Source: an uncultured Chloroflexia bacterium (lineage in GTDB: Bacteria; Chloroflexota; Limnocylindria; Limnocylindrales; CSP1-4). From it: a DNA stretch of 64,000 nt. The DNA lies in NCBI GenBank assembly GCA_963768655.1, contig CAVYIM010000004.1, forward strand, positions 352,001-416,000. Direction: 5' to 3'. Position numbers and translations under genes: made by a program. Under the pieces are notes generated by a model. That model did no database searches and was not told the DNA's origin. It worked only from the letters and a program-made list of their open reading frames with translations. Positions 45,905-55,576 of the stretch are shown here, in pieces. The number at the start of each line of letters is the position of its first letter. The first letter of the stretch is position 1.

Positions 45905-48304
45905 ATGGAGCGTCCCCCCATGCGCAACCTGTTCCGTGCCGCCCTCGCGCTCGCCCTCGCCGCCCAGACGGTGCTCGCCGTCGGGCTCGTAGTCGCGCCC
46001 GTGAGGGCCGCCGGGACCGGCGCCGGCGGCCTGCTCGTCTCGGTCGGCTACGCCGAGGACAAGGAGACCAACAACCCCAACCCGGCGGCCTTCCCTGTTC
46101 CGTGGCAGGGATCTCCCAACACGACCTTCCTGGGCGGCCCCGTCGTCGGTCAAACGCAGTGCGGTTCCTTGCCGAGCTGCTTCGACGCCGGCGCCATCAG
46201 GCTCGACAATCCGACCGCCGCGGCGATCTCCGTTTCCAACGTCTCGGTGGACGTCCATTCGTCCATTCCGGGCGGGAAGGTCTTCAGCCTGTGGGGCTCG
46301 TTCGCGGTCCCGGCCGGCCAGAGCGTCATCCTGACGGAGAACCCGCCGGGTGACACGGCGTCCTACGACGACTTCGATACCAGCGGCTACCCGGGCAACG
46401 TTTGCACTCCGATCACTGTCGCACCGACGGTCACGATCACGGTCGGAGGCGCGGCAACGACGCTCGTCGACAGCACTCACGTTCTCGACACGGGCGGCAT
46501 CGACCAGGGCTACTGCGGCACCGGCAACGACAAGAACGAGTCGATCGCGTGGCGGCCGATCGGAGCCGCAGGCGCCGACACGGCCACCCTGAACCTTGCT
46601 CCGGGCGCGGTCACGGAACCCGTCGGCGGGTCCGTCACCGAGACGGCAACCCTGCTCGACGGCGGCGGCAACGGCCTCGCGAATGTGGCTGTCGCCTTCT
46701 CCGTCACGAACGGGCCGAATGCCGGCCAGGCCGGCAGCGCCATCACCAACTCGGTGGGTCAGGCCACCTTCACGTATTCGGACTCCGGTGCGGGTACCGA
46801 CGTCGTGGCCGCGGCCGTAACCACGGTCGGCACGTTCCAGACCCAATCGATGGTCGTCTGGGGCACCGCCACGACTCCCACATGGACCGGCGCCGACATC
46901 GGCTCTCCGCCTCTGGCAGGCAGCGACGTTTTCGCGTCCGGGGTCTGGACGATCTCCGGGTCAGGCCGCGATATCGGCGGAACCTCGGACCAGCTCCACT
47001 TCGTGTCCCAGCCGCTCCCGGGCGACGGCGAGATCAGCGCTCGCGTGATCACTCAGACCAACTCCAACAGCCGCGCGCGGGCGGGCGTGATGCTCCGCCA
47101 GAGCGACGATCCGGCCGCGCCGTTCTATGCCGCGGTCGTCACGCCCGGGGCGGGGATCTGGGTTCTGGAACGGGCCAGCTTCGGCGGTCAGGTCAGCACG
47201 CTGGTTACGACCGCCGGCACGGTTCCGGTCTACCTGCGCGTCGGTCGGGCCGGGTCGAGTACGACTGCGTCCACTTCCGCCGACGGGGTCACATGGACGC
47301 CACTGGCCGGATCGGCGGCATCGTTCCCGGTCAGCGGGACCGTCCTGGCGGGCCTGGCCGTGACTTCGCACACGCTCACGAAGTCGAGCACGGCCACGTT
47401 CGATTCCGTGACTCTCTCCGGCGCGGTGACCCTGCCGCCGAACGACTTCTCCATCTCGGCCAGCCCGACGACGGTGCCGGTCACGGCCGGGACCAGCGGC
47501 TCGACGAGCATCACCACCGCGCTCGTGTCCGGTAGCGCGGAGTCGATCGCCCTGTCCGCGACCGGACTGCCTCTCGGCGTGACCGCCGGCTTCAGCCCGA
47601 CCTCGGTCACCGCCGGTGGCTCCTCGAACCTGACCTTCACCGTGACCGGCTCGGTCGCCCCCGGCACCTACCCGATCGGCGTCACCGGTACGGCTCCTTC
47701 GGCGACACACGGCACGTCCGTGTCGCTGACCGTGACCGCCCCCGGAGCCCTGCCGTCCCCCTGGGCGGACACCGACGTCGGTGCGCCCTCGCCGGCCGGC
47801 TCGGCGACCTACAGCGGCGGCGTCTTCAGCGTCAACGGCTCGGGCGCCGACATCTTCGGGACCAACGACCAGTTCAACTACGTCTATGAGGCCAGCGCCG
47901 GCAACGGCACTCTCATCGCCCGGGTCAGCTCCCAGACGAATACCGGCAGCACCAACAGCAAGGCCGGGATCATCTGGAAGGCTTCGACCGTGTCGGGCTC
48001 GCCCTACATCCTGATCGAGACCGGTCCGAGCGGTGTCGTGAAGGTCCAGTACAACTTCAGCGGCTCGCTCTCGGCGACTTCCACCTACAGCTTCCCCAAC
48101 GTGTGGATGAAGCTCGTCCGTTCGAGCGGCAACTTCAGCGCCTACCTCTCGCCCGACGGCGTCACCTGGACGGCCGTCGTGACCAACAAGAGCCTGCCCA
48201 CGATCCCGACCGCCGCGACGATCGGCATCTTCGAGTGTTCCCACAAAGTCGGCGTCCTTGGGACCGCGACCTTCGACAACGTCAGCTTCACCCCAGGGCC
48301 CTAG
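45905..48304 (+). CDS. Secreted protein with Big_1-like Ig domain and two ConA-like domains
   Basis: Signal peptide (start 45905 or 45920), V.F.VTNGPNAG...TNSVGQATFTY Ig motif, and a C-terminus identical to that of the upstream gene. Confidence 0.8.
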   Translation: MERPPMRNLFRAALALALAAQTVLAVGLVVAPVRAAGTGAGGLLVSVGYAEDKETNNPNPAAFPVPWQGSPNTTFLGGPVVGQTQCGSLPSCFDAGAIRLDNPTAAAISVSNVSVDVHSSIPGGKVFSLWGSFAVPAGQSVILTENPPGDTASYDDFDTSGYPGNVCTPITVAPTVTITVGGAATTLVDSTHVLDTGGIDQGYCGTGNDKNESIAWRPIGAAGADTATLNLAPGAVTEPVGGSVTETATLLDGGGNGLANVAVAFSVTNGPNAGQAGSAITNSVGQATFTYSDSGAGTDVVAAAVTTVGTFQTQSMVVWGTATTPTWTGADIGSPPLAGSDVFASGVWTISGSGRDIGGTSDQLHFVSQPLPGDGEISARVITQTNSNSRARAGVMLRQSDDPAAPFYAAVVTPGAGIWVLERASFGGQVSTLVTTAGTVPVYLRVGRAGSSTTASTSADGVTWTPLAGSAASFPVSGTVLAGLAVTSHTLTKSSTATFDSVTLSGAVTLPPNDFSISASPTTVPVTAGTSGSTSITTALVSGSAESIALSATGLPLGVTAGFSPTSVTAGGSSNLTFTVTGSVAPGTYPIGVTGTAPSATHGTSVSLTVTAPGALPSPWADTDVGAPSPAGSATYSGGVFSVNGSGADIFGTNDQFNYVYEASAGNGTLIARVSSQTNTGSTNSKAGIIWKASTVSGSPYILIETGPSGVVKVQYNFSGSLSATSTYSFPNVWMKLVRSSGNFSAYLSPDGVTWTAVVTNKSLPTIPTAATIGIFECSHKVGVLGTATFDNVSFTPGP

Positions 48305-48310
48305 CGGCAA
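47415..48310 (+). repeat. 896-bp direct repeat, copy 2
   Basis: See copy 1; it extends 6 nt past the shared stop codon. Confidence 0.92.
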
Positions 48311-48629
48311 TGTCTCTGATGAGTGCTCCGAACGATGTCTGCCCGATCCGCGCGTTTTCGCCGGCGGTCTCACGGTGGAGCCCGGAAAGGCACCTCCGTC
48401 TCCCGCTCGCCGGAGAACGAATTGCCGGGTCGGTCGATGGGCTTCGGAGCGGCTCGGACCGGAAGGTCAGGAAAGAGAGGTGACTGGAGAACCCGTGTCC
48501 CAGCCCGGCATCGCCGGGCAGTTCCCACAGTCGATCATCCGGGTCAAGGAGGCGAGACCGCGGGGCCTCGTGACCGGGGGAGCAACGGTTCACCGCGTCT
48601 GCGGCTGGACCCCCCAATTTGGAGGAGCA

Positions 48630-49136
48630 ATGCGAAAAATCGCCTTCGCTGCACTGATCGCGCTCGCTCTGGCTACGGTGAGCGCAGTGCCGGCGCTTGC
48701 CACGTCCGGCAACGACCACGGCGCCACGATCACCGTGACCTGTGCCCTCGACAGGGGTACCCAGGTTGACATCAACGGCAACCTCATCGTGCCCGACGGG
48801 AGCCACGGTCCCGGCGTGGTCTGGCTCTACGGCAGCAAGAACGGCCATACCTGGTACTTCACCTGGCAGGCCAGGATCCTTCATGTCGTGAAGGGCCAGA
48901 CCAGTTACAGCTTCACCTTCGACGCCGACCTCGATTGGAACCACTTCATGGACTACCGGGTCATCGGCTTTGGCACGGAATCCAGGGTGATCAATCGAGA
49001 CGAGTGCGGGTTCCGCGTTCCTGAAGCCCCGGCCTCCCCGCTCCTGCTGCTTGGAGCGTTCCCGGCCGGCGGCCTCGTCGCGGTCAAGGCAACCGGAGTT
49101 CGGGTGCCGATGCCGCACTTCCGCCGCATAGCCTAG
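48630..49136 (+). CDS. Secreted protein with PEP-CTERM-like sorting signal (VPEAP + TM + basic tail)
   Basis: GGAGGAG RBS, signal peptide MRKIAFAALIALALATVSAVPALA, C-terminus VPEAPASPLLLLGAFPAGGLVAV-K...HFRRIA; directly upstream of the exosortase. Confidence 0.75.
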   Translation: MRKIAFAALIALALATVSAVPALATSGNDHGATITVTCALDRGTQVDINGNLIVPDGSHGPGVVWLYGSKNGHTWYFTWQARILHVVKGQTSYSFTFDADLDWNHFMDYRVIGFGTESRVINRDECGFRVPEAPASPLLLLGAFPAGGLVAVKATGVRVPMPHFRRIA

Positions 49137-49260
49137 CTTGCAGCTGGCAGTGGAGCCCCCACGCCAGCGGCCTTCCCAAAGCGGCTTCTCGTGGCCCCGC
49201 CCCGGGCATCCTTTCGTCCGGGGCGGGCCCCGAAACCTGTCGAACCCCAAGGGGGAGCAA

Positions 49261-50925
49261 TTGGACATCGCCACCGCACCAGCCATCAGCCGCGCCGGCT
49301 TCACATCGAGACAGCTACTCGCCAGAGTTCCCGTGAGAGGTCTGGTTCTGGTCGCGTCGGTTGCGCTCGCTTACAACTACTCCCTCGAGACACTGACTCG
49401 CGGGCTCGGCCTCGAGACGCCGCTCGCATACCTCGCTCTCGTGCCCCTCATCGCGCTGCTTCTCGGCGTAGTCAATTTCCGCGTGCAGCCCGATCTCCTG
49501 CCCATCCATGACCGTCAGCTGGACTGGATCGTGGGGCTCTTCCTCGTCGGTGTGGCGGCAGCGATCGATTTGCTGCTGCCGTCGGCCTACTCCGCCGACT
49601 TCTGGCTGCACCGGGTCGACATGCTCGGCCTGCCGTTCTTCGCCGCCGGAATGGTCTGCCTTCTGTGGGGCGTCAGGCGCCTGTGGGCCCTTCGATGGGC
49701 GGTGGCGTTTCTGTTCCTGGCCTGGCCCGACCCGTACGTAACCGTCCTGTCGGCGGCCGTAGGAATCTCGACCGATATGGCTCTGGCGGCTGTGCAGGCC
49801 ACGCTGCAACTCATGCCAGTGGCCCAGCCGGTCGGGGATGGCACTTTCCTGGTAGCGCACGGCACCGACCAGTTCAGCCTGTCCGTCGGGTCCGCTTGCA
49901 GCGGCATCAACAGCTTCGTGGGCTTCGCGATCCTGGGGGCTGCGTTCAACGTGATCTTTCGGGGCGGCATCCTCCGCCGCATCCTCTGGCTGGCCGCCGG
50001 CATGTTGCTGGTCGGCGAGCTGAACGTGATCCGAATCGACCTCATCTTCGTGGCCGGCTGGGCCTTCGGGGAGCCCTTCGCGCTGGACGTCCTCCACCCC
50101 GTCGCCGGGATCATCGTTTTCGGCATCGGAGCGCTGGTCATGATGGAGATAGCTCCCTTCTTCGGGCTGAGGATCCCAGAGCCACCCCTGCGGCATGGGG
50201 CGCCGGTCCCTCCCAGGTCCGTGCCCCATCTGCATTCGGTCAAGCGCGCCGCTCGGAGTCTCCGGATTGCGGCGCCGATGGCGGTGGGCCTCATGCTCGC
50301 CCTTCTGCTGGCGGTTCCCGATGCCAGCTTTGCCCACTACGACTCCCTCGTCGACGCTTTCGGGAGTCCCACGCTCGGTGCCATCGACCCCGGCAGCCTG
50401 AACGTCCCGGGCTGGCAGGGGTCCCCCTCCACTTCGTTCGATCAGGCCACGTCCTATTTCGGTCCCCACGCGACCTGGGAGCGCGTTGCCTTCACGTCCA
50501 CAGACGCTTCCGCGTCGGGCCCGACGGCCGTATATCTGGATGTCATTCGCACCGACGACGCCGGCAGCCTGGCTGCCTACGACGTCGAGGCCTGCTACAA
50601 CTTCCACGGATTCAGCCGGGTTTCTAGCGACTCGGCCAACGTCGGCGCGGGCGTCGAGGCCAAGGTGGCCAGCTTCCGCAGCCCGGTCCAGGCCACTGAT
50701 TGGTCGATCCTCTGGTGGGAGTGGCCCTACGACGCCGGTGGCCAGACCCGCTACGAGCGGCTCGTCCTCCTGGCGCCGCTCGATCCCACAGACCAGCCGA
50801 GTGGGATCAACACTCAGGCGATCTTCACGGCGGCCCAGTCGACAATCGAGTCGATGGCCAGCTCGATCGTGAGCGCCGGCATGAGCGATACCGCCACGGT
50901 CGTAAACCCAGGGACGCAGCCATGA
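49261..50925 (+). CDS. Exosortase/archaeosortase family transpeptidase fused to an EpsI-like domain
   Basis: Catalytic triad context VGSACSGINS (Cys), LNVIRI (Arg), VLHP (His); 8-9 TM helices; external domain with EACYNFHGF. Confidence 0.88.
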   Translation: MDIATAPAISRAGFTSRQLLARVPVRGLVLVASVALAYNYSLETLTRGLGLETPLAYLALVPLIALLLGVVNFRVQPDLLPIHDRQLDWIVGLFLVGVAAAIDLLLPSAYSADFWLHRVDMLGLPFFAAGMVCLLWGVRRLWALRWAVAFLFLAWPDPYVTVLSAAVGISTDMALAAVQATLQLMPVAQPVGDGTFLVAHGTDQFSLSVGSACSGINSFVGFAILGAAFNVIFRGGILRRILWLAAGMLLVGELNVIRIDLIFVAGWAFGEPFALDVLHPVAGIIVFGIGALVMMEIAPFFGLRIPEPPLRHGAPVPPRSVPHLHSVKRAARSLRIAAPMAVGLMLALLLAVPDASFAHYDSLVDAFGSPTLGAIDPGSLNVPGWQGSPSTSFDQATSYFGPHATWERVAFTSTDASASGPTAVYLDVIRTDDAGSLAAYDVEACYNFHGFSRVSSDSANVGAGVEAKVASFRSPVQATDWSILWWEWPYDAGGQTRYERLVLLAPLDPTDQPSGINTQAIFTAAQSTIESMASSIVSAGMSDTATVVNPGTQP

Positions 50926-52361
50926 CCACCGTCGCTCGCCCCACTCGCCCGCGCGCCCGCGCTCGCACCGGCATGCTCCAGGCGGATCTAACCGCACGGC
51001 GAACGGTATCGCGTGGACAGCTCATCCTGGGACTGGCGATCCTGACGCTCGTCGTTCTCGGCGTGGTCGTCGCGCCGATGTCGACCGCTGTCGGTCTGAT
51101 CGCGCTCGCCACGCTGGCCTACCTCGCGGCCCTGCTGCACCGGCTGGCGACCTTCTGGCTGTCCCTCCGCCACCCCGACACGGTGGTCATCACGGACGAA
51201 GAGGCTCGATCGTTACCCGAACACTCTCTGCCCGTGTACACGATCCTGGTGCCGGCCTACCACGAACCTTCGGTCATCGCCGCGCTGATCGCCCGCCTCT
51301 CGGAACTCGAGTACCCGGTCGACAAGCTCGATATCCGGTTGCTTCTGGAGCGGGACGACCGCGAGACGATCGACGCCGCAGCAGCCGCCCACCCGGGTCC
51401 TCAATTCACGATCGTGCGAGTTCCGCACTCGGAGCCCAGGACCAAGCCCAAGGCATGCAACTATGGTCTCGAGGGCGCTCGAGGCGACTTCGTGACCATC
51501 TACGACGCCGAGGACCGGCCGGAGCCACTCCAGCTCCGGCGGGCGGTTGCGGCTTTCAGCCGGCTCGGGCCGACCGTGGCCTGCCTGCAGGCGAAGCTGT
51601 CCTATTACAACGCGGAACAGAACCTGCTGACTCGCTGGTTCACGATCGAGTACGCGATGTGGTTCTCCTTCCTTCTGCCCGGCCTAGTCGCGCAGCGCGG
51701 GCCGCTGCCCCTCGGAGGAACCTCCAACCATTTCCGCGGAGAGATCCTCAACGCCGTCGGCGGGTGGGACCCATACAACGTCACCGAAGACGCGGATCTC
51801 GGCATCCGCCTCGCTCGCCGCGGCTATCAGACTCGTGTTCTCGAGAGCACGACGCTCGAAGAAGCCAACAGCGACGTCATCAACTGGATCAAGCAACGGT
51901 CGCGCTGGTACAAGGGCTATCTCCAGACCTGGCTGGTTCACACTCGCCATCCGCGTGAGCTCTGGCGCGAGCTGGGCTGGCGCGGCTTCGTGGGCTTCAA
52001 CCTGTTCGTGGCCGGAACGCCGTTGCTGTCTCTGATCAACCCGGTCTTCTGGCTGCTGACGGCGCTTTGGTTCCTGATCCATCCGCCGGTCATCCTGGCG
52101 CTCTTTCCGGCGTGGCTCTATTACATGAGTCTCGCGGTCATGGTCCTGGGCAACGTCTCGCTCTTCTACAGCTGGCTCGTCAGCGCGCGCATGGCCGGCT
52201 CGTGGAAGCTCGTCTTCGCGTCCTTGCTGATTCCCGTCTATTGGGTGCTGATGTCCCTGGCGGTGATCAAGGCCGCGGTGCAACTGATCAGCGCACCGTC
52301 CTTCTGGGAGAAGACTGTCCACGGCCTGGACGCGACGCCTTCACCGAAGACTGGGACGTAG
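50922..52361 (+). CDS. Processive GT2 glycosyltransferase (cellulose synthase-like)
   Basis: LVPAYHE, TKPKACNYG, IYDAED, TEDADLG, QRSRW (QxxRW), C-terminal TMs and WEKTVHG; ATGA overlap with the exosortase. Confidence 0.92.
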   Translation: MTTVARPTRPRARARTGMLQADLTARRTVSRGQLILGLAILTLVVLGVVVAPMSTAVGLIALATLAYLAALLHRLATFWLSLRHPDTVVITDEEARSLPEHSLPVYTILVPAYHEPSVIAALIARLSELEYPVDKLDIRLLLERDDRETIDAAAAAHPGPQFTIVRVPHSEPRTKPKACNYGLEGARGDFVTIYDAEDRPEPLQLRRAVAAFSRLGPTVACLQAKLSYYNAEQNLLTRWFTIEYAMWFSFLLPGLVAQRGPLPLGGTSNHFRGEILNAVGGWDPYNVTEDADLGIRLARRGYQTRVLESTTLEEANSDVINWIKQRSRWYKGYLQTWLVHTRHPRELWRELGWRGFVGFNLFVAGTPLLSLINPVFWLLTALWFLIHPPVILALFPAWLYYMSLAVMVLGNVSLFYSWLVSARMAGSWKLVFASLLIPVYWVLMSLAVIKAAVQLISAPSFWEKTVHGLDATPSPKTGT

Positions 52362-52474
52362 GCCCGCTTTCTGCCCGGAGAGCTGACACTCGCGTTGGAA
52401 GGTCTGGAGCCGTAAGCTCGGGCTTGCACCTCGGTTGGAAGCGGACGGTCCGTTCGCGAGTTCGTCGCGATGGG

Positions 52475-53110
52475 TTAGCTCGCGGAGTAGCCGCGCATGA
52501 CGTTGTCCACGACGCGCTCCGCGAACGCCCGGTCGAGCTCGCCGCCGAACATCAACCGGAAGTAGACCGGGCCTACGAGCAGCTCCGTGGCGACGTCGAC
52601 GTCCGCGTCGGGGCAGAGGTCGCCGCGCTCGATCCCTCGGGCGATCATGCGCGCGATCTCGTCGCGGCGCGCCTGGACGACGGTGGCTCGGAACCGATTT
52701 CCCAGTGAGGGGTTGGTGGCGATCTGTGAGAGCAGTGCGCGAATGACGGGGCCGAAATCGGTCTCGGTCACGGCCCGAATCGGATTCATCACCGCCGTGA
52801 GCATCTCCTCGCGCGTGTCGCCGGTCTCCTCGATGGCGATGTGAGGCGCGGCCAGATCGGCCAGGAGCGCCTGGGCCAGCTCTTCCTTGGATCGCCAGCG
52901 GCGATAGATCGTCGCCTTGCCGACGCCGGCGTGGGCCGCCACGTGCTCGAGTCGCAGACCCGAGTAGCCCTCCTTGATCAGCTGCTCCCGGGCCGCGTCG
53001 AGGATCGCCCGGTGGGCCTTGTCGCTGCGTGGCCGGCCCCTGTGCGTACTCGCGCTCAACAAGGTTGCGGTTGAGTTGCGAGACGGAGCGTCTTGATTAA
53101 TCCCGACCAT
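52475..53110 (-). CDS. TetR/AcrR family regulator
   Basis: GRPRS...AILDAA, VAAHAGVGKATIYRRW.SKEEL, GIERGDL. Confidence 0.93.
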   Translation of the reverse strand: MVGINQDAPSRNSTATLLSASTHRGRPRSDKAHRAILDAAREQLIKEGYSGLRLEHVAAHAGVGKATIYRRWRSKEELAQALLADLAAPHIAIEETGDTREEMLTAVMNPIRAVTETDFGPVIRALLSQIATNPSLGNRFRATVVQARRDEIARMIARGIERGDLCPDADVDVATELLVGPVYFRLMFGGELDRAFAERVVDNVMRGYSAS

Positions 53111-53119
53111 TCGAGTATG

Positions 53120-53137
53120 ATACGGAACGGCTCGTAT
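53120..53137. promoter_or_regulatory. Candidate TetR operator ATACG-N8-CGTAT
   Basis: Inverted repeat in the 47-bp gap between the divergent tetR and small gene. Confidence 0.6.
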
Positions 53138-53157
53138 TAGAGCAAGGAGAAACTGAC

Positions 53158-53388
53158 ATGATCGACAACTGGAGTGCGCTGGACCGGATCGAACACGTCG
53201 AGCGCGAGACACCCTTCTGCATGTGCGGGCAGCCAACGTCGGCTGCGGCACGGCCCGACGGGATCTGGCTCGAGTGCGTATCGCTCCAAGCGCCGGATGC
53301 CAGCCGAATCGGGCGATTTCTGTCCGTGCTCACGGCAGGCGATCACACCCGCCAGCTGATCGTCGGCCTCGTCGAGGATGCGGCCTAG
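53158..53388 (+). CDS. Small Cys/His protein (possible zinc finger), 76 aa
   Basis: AAGGAG RBS; FCMCG, WLEC, DHTR. Confidence 0.7.
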   Translation: MIDNWSALDRIEHVERETPFCMCGQPTSAAARPDGIWLECVSLQAPDASRIGRFLSVLTAGDHTRQLIVGLVEDAA

Positions 53389-53640
53389 TCCGCTCGACCC
53401 GGACGCAGACTCTCCGCCGCGGCCCGGCCTCTGACCAGAGCCTGAAGGTTGCCGCGGCGACTGGCCCGAGCCCCCTTTTTCAGGGTCACCGTCCACATGG
53501 CCTATCCAGTACGCGGCGGTCCTGGCCTTCGTAGGGCGAACGTCAATGCGGTCGGTCCCGACGACCCTGGCCCATCACAGCCGCTGCCTACCTGCCGCCG
53601 GACACAGCCCGGCGCCGACTCATCGAAAGGAACCACCCAC

Positions 53641-53832
53641 ATGTTGACCCCTCAGATCATCAGAGACATACACAACCAGCAAATTCGCGAACTCGAGCGG
53701 GCGCAGCCGGACGGCGACGGCCTGGCGGCAACCCCTCGATCCTCGGTTCGCCAGAGAGTCGGGCGAGGACTCGTCCGGGTCGGGTACGCTCTCGCTTCCG
53801 AAAGCACCCGGCAGCAGGCAACCCCCTGCTAG
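53641..53832 (+). CDS. Small hypothetical protein (63 aa)
   Basis: AAAGGA upstream; MLTPQIIRDIHNQQIRELER...RQRVGRGLVRVGYALA amphipathic pattern. Confidence 0.55.
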   Translation: MLTPQIIRDIHNQQIRELERAQPDGDGLAATPRSSVRQRVGRGLVRVGYALASESTRQQATPC

Positions 53833-53920
53833 GGGGCGAGGAACCAGCCGGTCGTGGAGCCGCCTTCCGTCGTCAGCGTCCGCCGGCCCCGGCGGAGCGG
53901 CTCCGGTACACTCGGCCGGA

Positions 53921-54631
53921 ATGAGCGCGGTCATCGCCCTCGTCGGCTCCGGCGAGTTCACTCCGGCAATGGCCGGGGTGGATCGAGGCCTGCTGGCCGC
54001 CACCGGCCGCGACCGGCCGCGCGTGGCGATCGTGCCGGCAGCCTCGTGGCCGGACGGCGAGGTTGTCTTCAACCGATGGGCTGTCCAGGGCGAGGCCCAT
54101 TTCGCGGCCCTCGGCGCAGTGCCGGTACCCATCCTCATCACGGACCGGGCGTCGGCCGACGATCCAGTCGCGGTAGCGGGGATCTCGGCCGCGGACCTCG
54201 TCTATCTCTCCGGCGGCAAACCGGGCCACCTCCTGGCGATGCTGCGGGACAGTGCGGCTGGTGACGCGCTGCGGGAGGCGCACGCTCGGGGAGCGGTGAT
54301 CGCGGGCTGCTCAGCAGGCGCGATGGTACTTGGCGGGCACCAGTTCCACGTCGGCGCCGGGCGCTTCCTAAAGGTGCCTGTGGGCTGGCAGGATGGGCTG
54401 GGCCTGGTGCCCGGCATCGTGGTGGTGCCCCACTACGATGCCATCCCGGAAACGTTCGTGGCGCCGCTTGTACTTGCCGCTCCAAAGGGCGCGCTGGTGA
54501 TCGGGATCGACGAGGAAACCGCGCTCGTCGGTCGCGACGGTACGTGGCAGGTTCAGGGACGCGGCCGCGTGACGGTCTGGCGAGGAATGAAGCGCGAGCG
54601 TCACCGCGAGGGTTCGTCGGTTACGTTCTGA
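53921..54631 (+). CDS. Peptidase S51 (cyanophycinase/peptidase E-like) family protein
   Basis: ALVGSGEF, VYLSGG, GCSAGAM nucleophile elbow, VVPHYD, GIDEETAL. Confidence 0.88.
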   Translation: MSAVIALVGSGEFTPAMAGVDRGLLAATGRDRPRVAIVPAASWPDGEVVFNRWAVQGEAHFAALGAVPVPILITDRASADDPVAVAGISAADLVYLSGGKPGHLLAMLRDSAAGDALREAHARGAVIAGCSAGAMVLGGHQFHVGAGRFLKVPVGWQDGLGLVPGIVVVPHYDAIPETFVAPLVLAAPKGALVIGIDEETALVGRDGTWQVQGRGRVTVWRGMKRERHREGSSVTF

Positions 54632-54757
54632 ATCCGCGCGGCGCTGGCCGGTACCAATTCGGTCCAGGGCGCCCGAGCCAGCCGATATGGCAGGCCGCGC
54701 GGCGCCACGAATGCGCCAAGCGACGGCACGTGTCGCTGCGTTTGATATCTTGCCCAC

Positions 54758-55576
54758 ATGGATCGTCGCGCGCTGGACCAGCCGCCGGGAAACGTGGCCG
54801 CAAGCGGGCCGATCACCGCCTGGTGGCTCGGCCGGACGCGGTATCGCGACGCGTGGGACCTTCAGCACCGCATCGTCGCGGCCCGCGCCGCCGGCACGGT
54901 TGGCGACCAGTTGCTGCTCCTCGAGCACGAGCCAGTCCTGACGCTGGGCCGTCATTCGGACCCCAGCCACGTCCTCGCCAGCCCGGCCGAGCTGGCCGCC
55001 CGCCAGATAGAGTTGATACGGAGCGAGCGCGGCGGTGAGGTGACCTACCACGGCCCCGGCCAGCTGACCGCCTATCCGATCGTTCGCCTGGCCGACCGCG
55101 GGCTCTACATCCGATCGTTCGTCCGGGCGCTTGAGGCCGCCCTTGCGGAAACCTGCACCGACTTCGGAGTCGAAGCCGGGCGCAAGGAGGGCTATCCCGG
55201 TTGCTGGTGCGCCGCCGGCATGCGCAAGATCGGCGCCGTGGGCGTTCGGGTTGAGCGCGGCGTGACGTACCACGGCATCGCCCTCAATGTCTCCGTCCGG
55301 CTCGCCGACTTCGAACTGATCGACGCCTGCGGCATGCCCGGTCTCGAATCGACCTCCATCGCCAGAGAGCGAGACGAGGCGGCCGAACCACCGACCGAAT
55401 CGGTCGCCGGGGCCGCCGCCGCCTTCGCACGGGCGCTGGCTCGGGCCCTCGGGACATCGGTCGAGGGTGCCCTGCCGCCTGGCGCCGAGCCGGCCCGAGC
55501 TCGCCGGGAGCTGGAGGGGTTGCTCGGGATTGCCAGCCCTGCCATCTCGGCCGCGGCCGCGGCGGGAGTCCGCTGA
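54758..55576 (+). CDS. lipB: Lipoyl(octanoyl) transferase
   Basis: LLLLEHEPVLTLGR, RGGEVTYHGPGQL..YP, KIGAVG, YHGIALNV, F..I.ACG. Confidence 0.95.
   Translation: MDRRALDQPPGNVAASGPITAWWLGRTRYRDAWDLQHRIVAARAAGTVGDQLLLLEHEPVLTLGRHSDPSHVLASPAELAARQIELIRSERGGEVTYHGPGQLTAYPIVRLADRGLYIRSFVRALEAALAETCTDFGVEAGRKEGYPGCWCAAGMRKIGAVGVRVERGVTYHGIALNVSVRLADFELIDACGMPGLESTSIARERDEAAEPPTESVAGAAAAFARALARALGTSVEGALPPGAEPARARRELEGLLGIASPAISAAAAAGVR

Noticed and set aside
45009-48310. Diversity-generating retroelement TR/VR pair or IS duplication
   Set aside because: No reverse transcriptase or transposase; the repeat is too long, both copies are coding, and the only visible difference is a synonymous T/C rather than adenine-specific variation.
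48611-49263. Similar 5' leaders (CCCCAA..GG[A/G]GGAGCAA-start) before the sorting target and the exosortase
   Set aside because: Too short and largely explained by SD composition.
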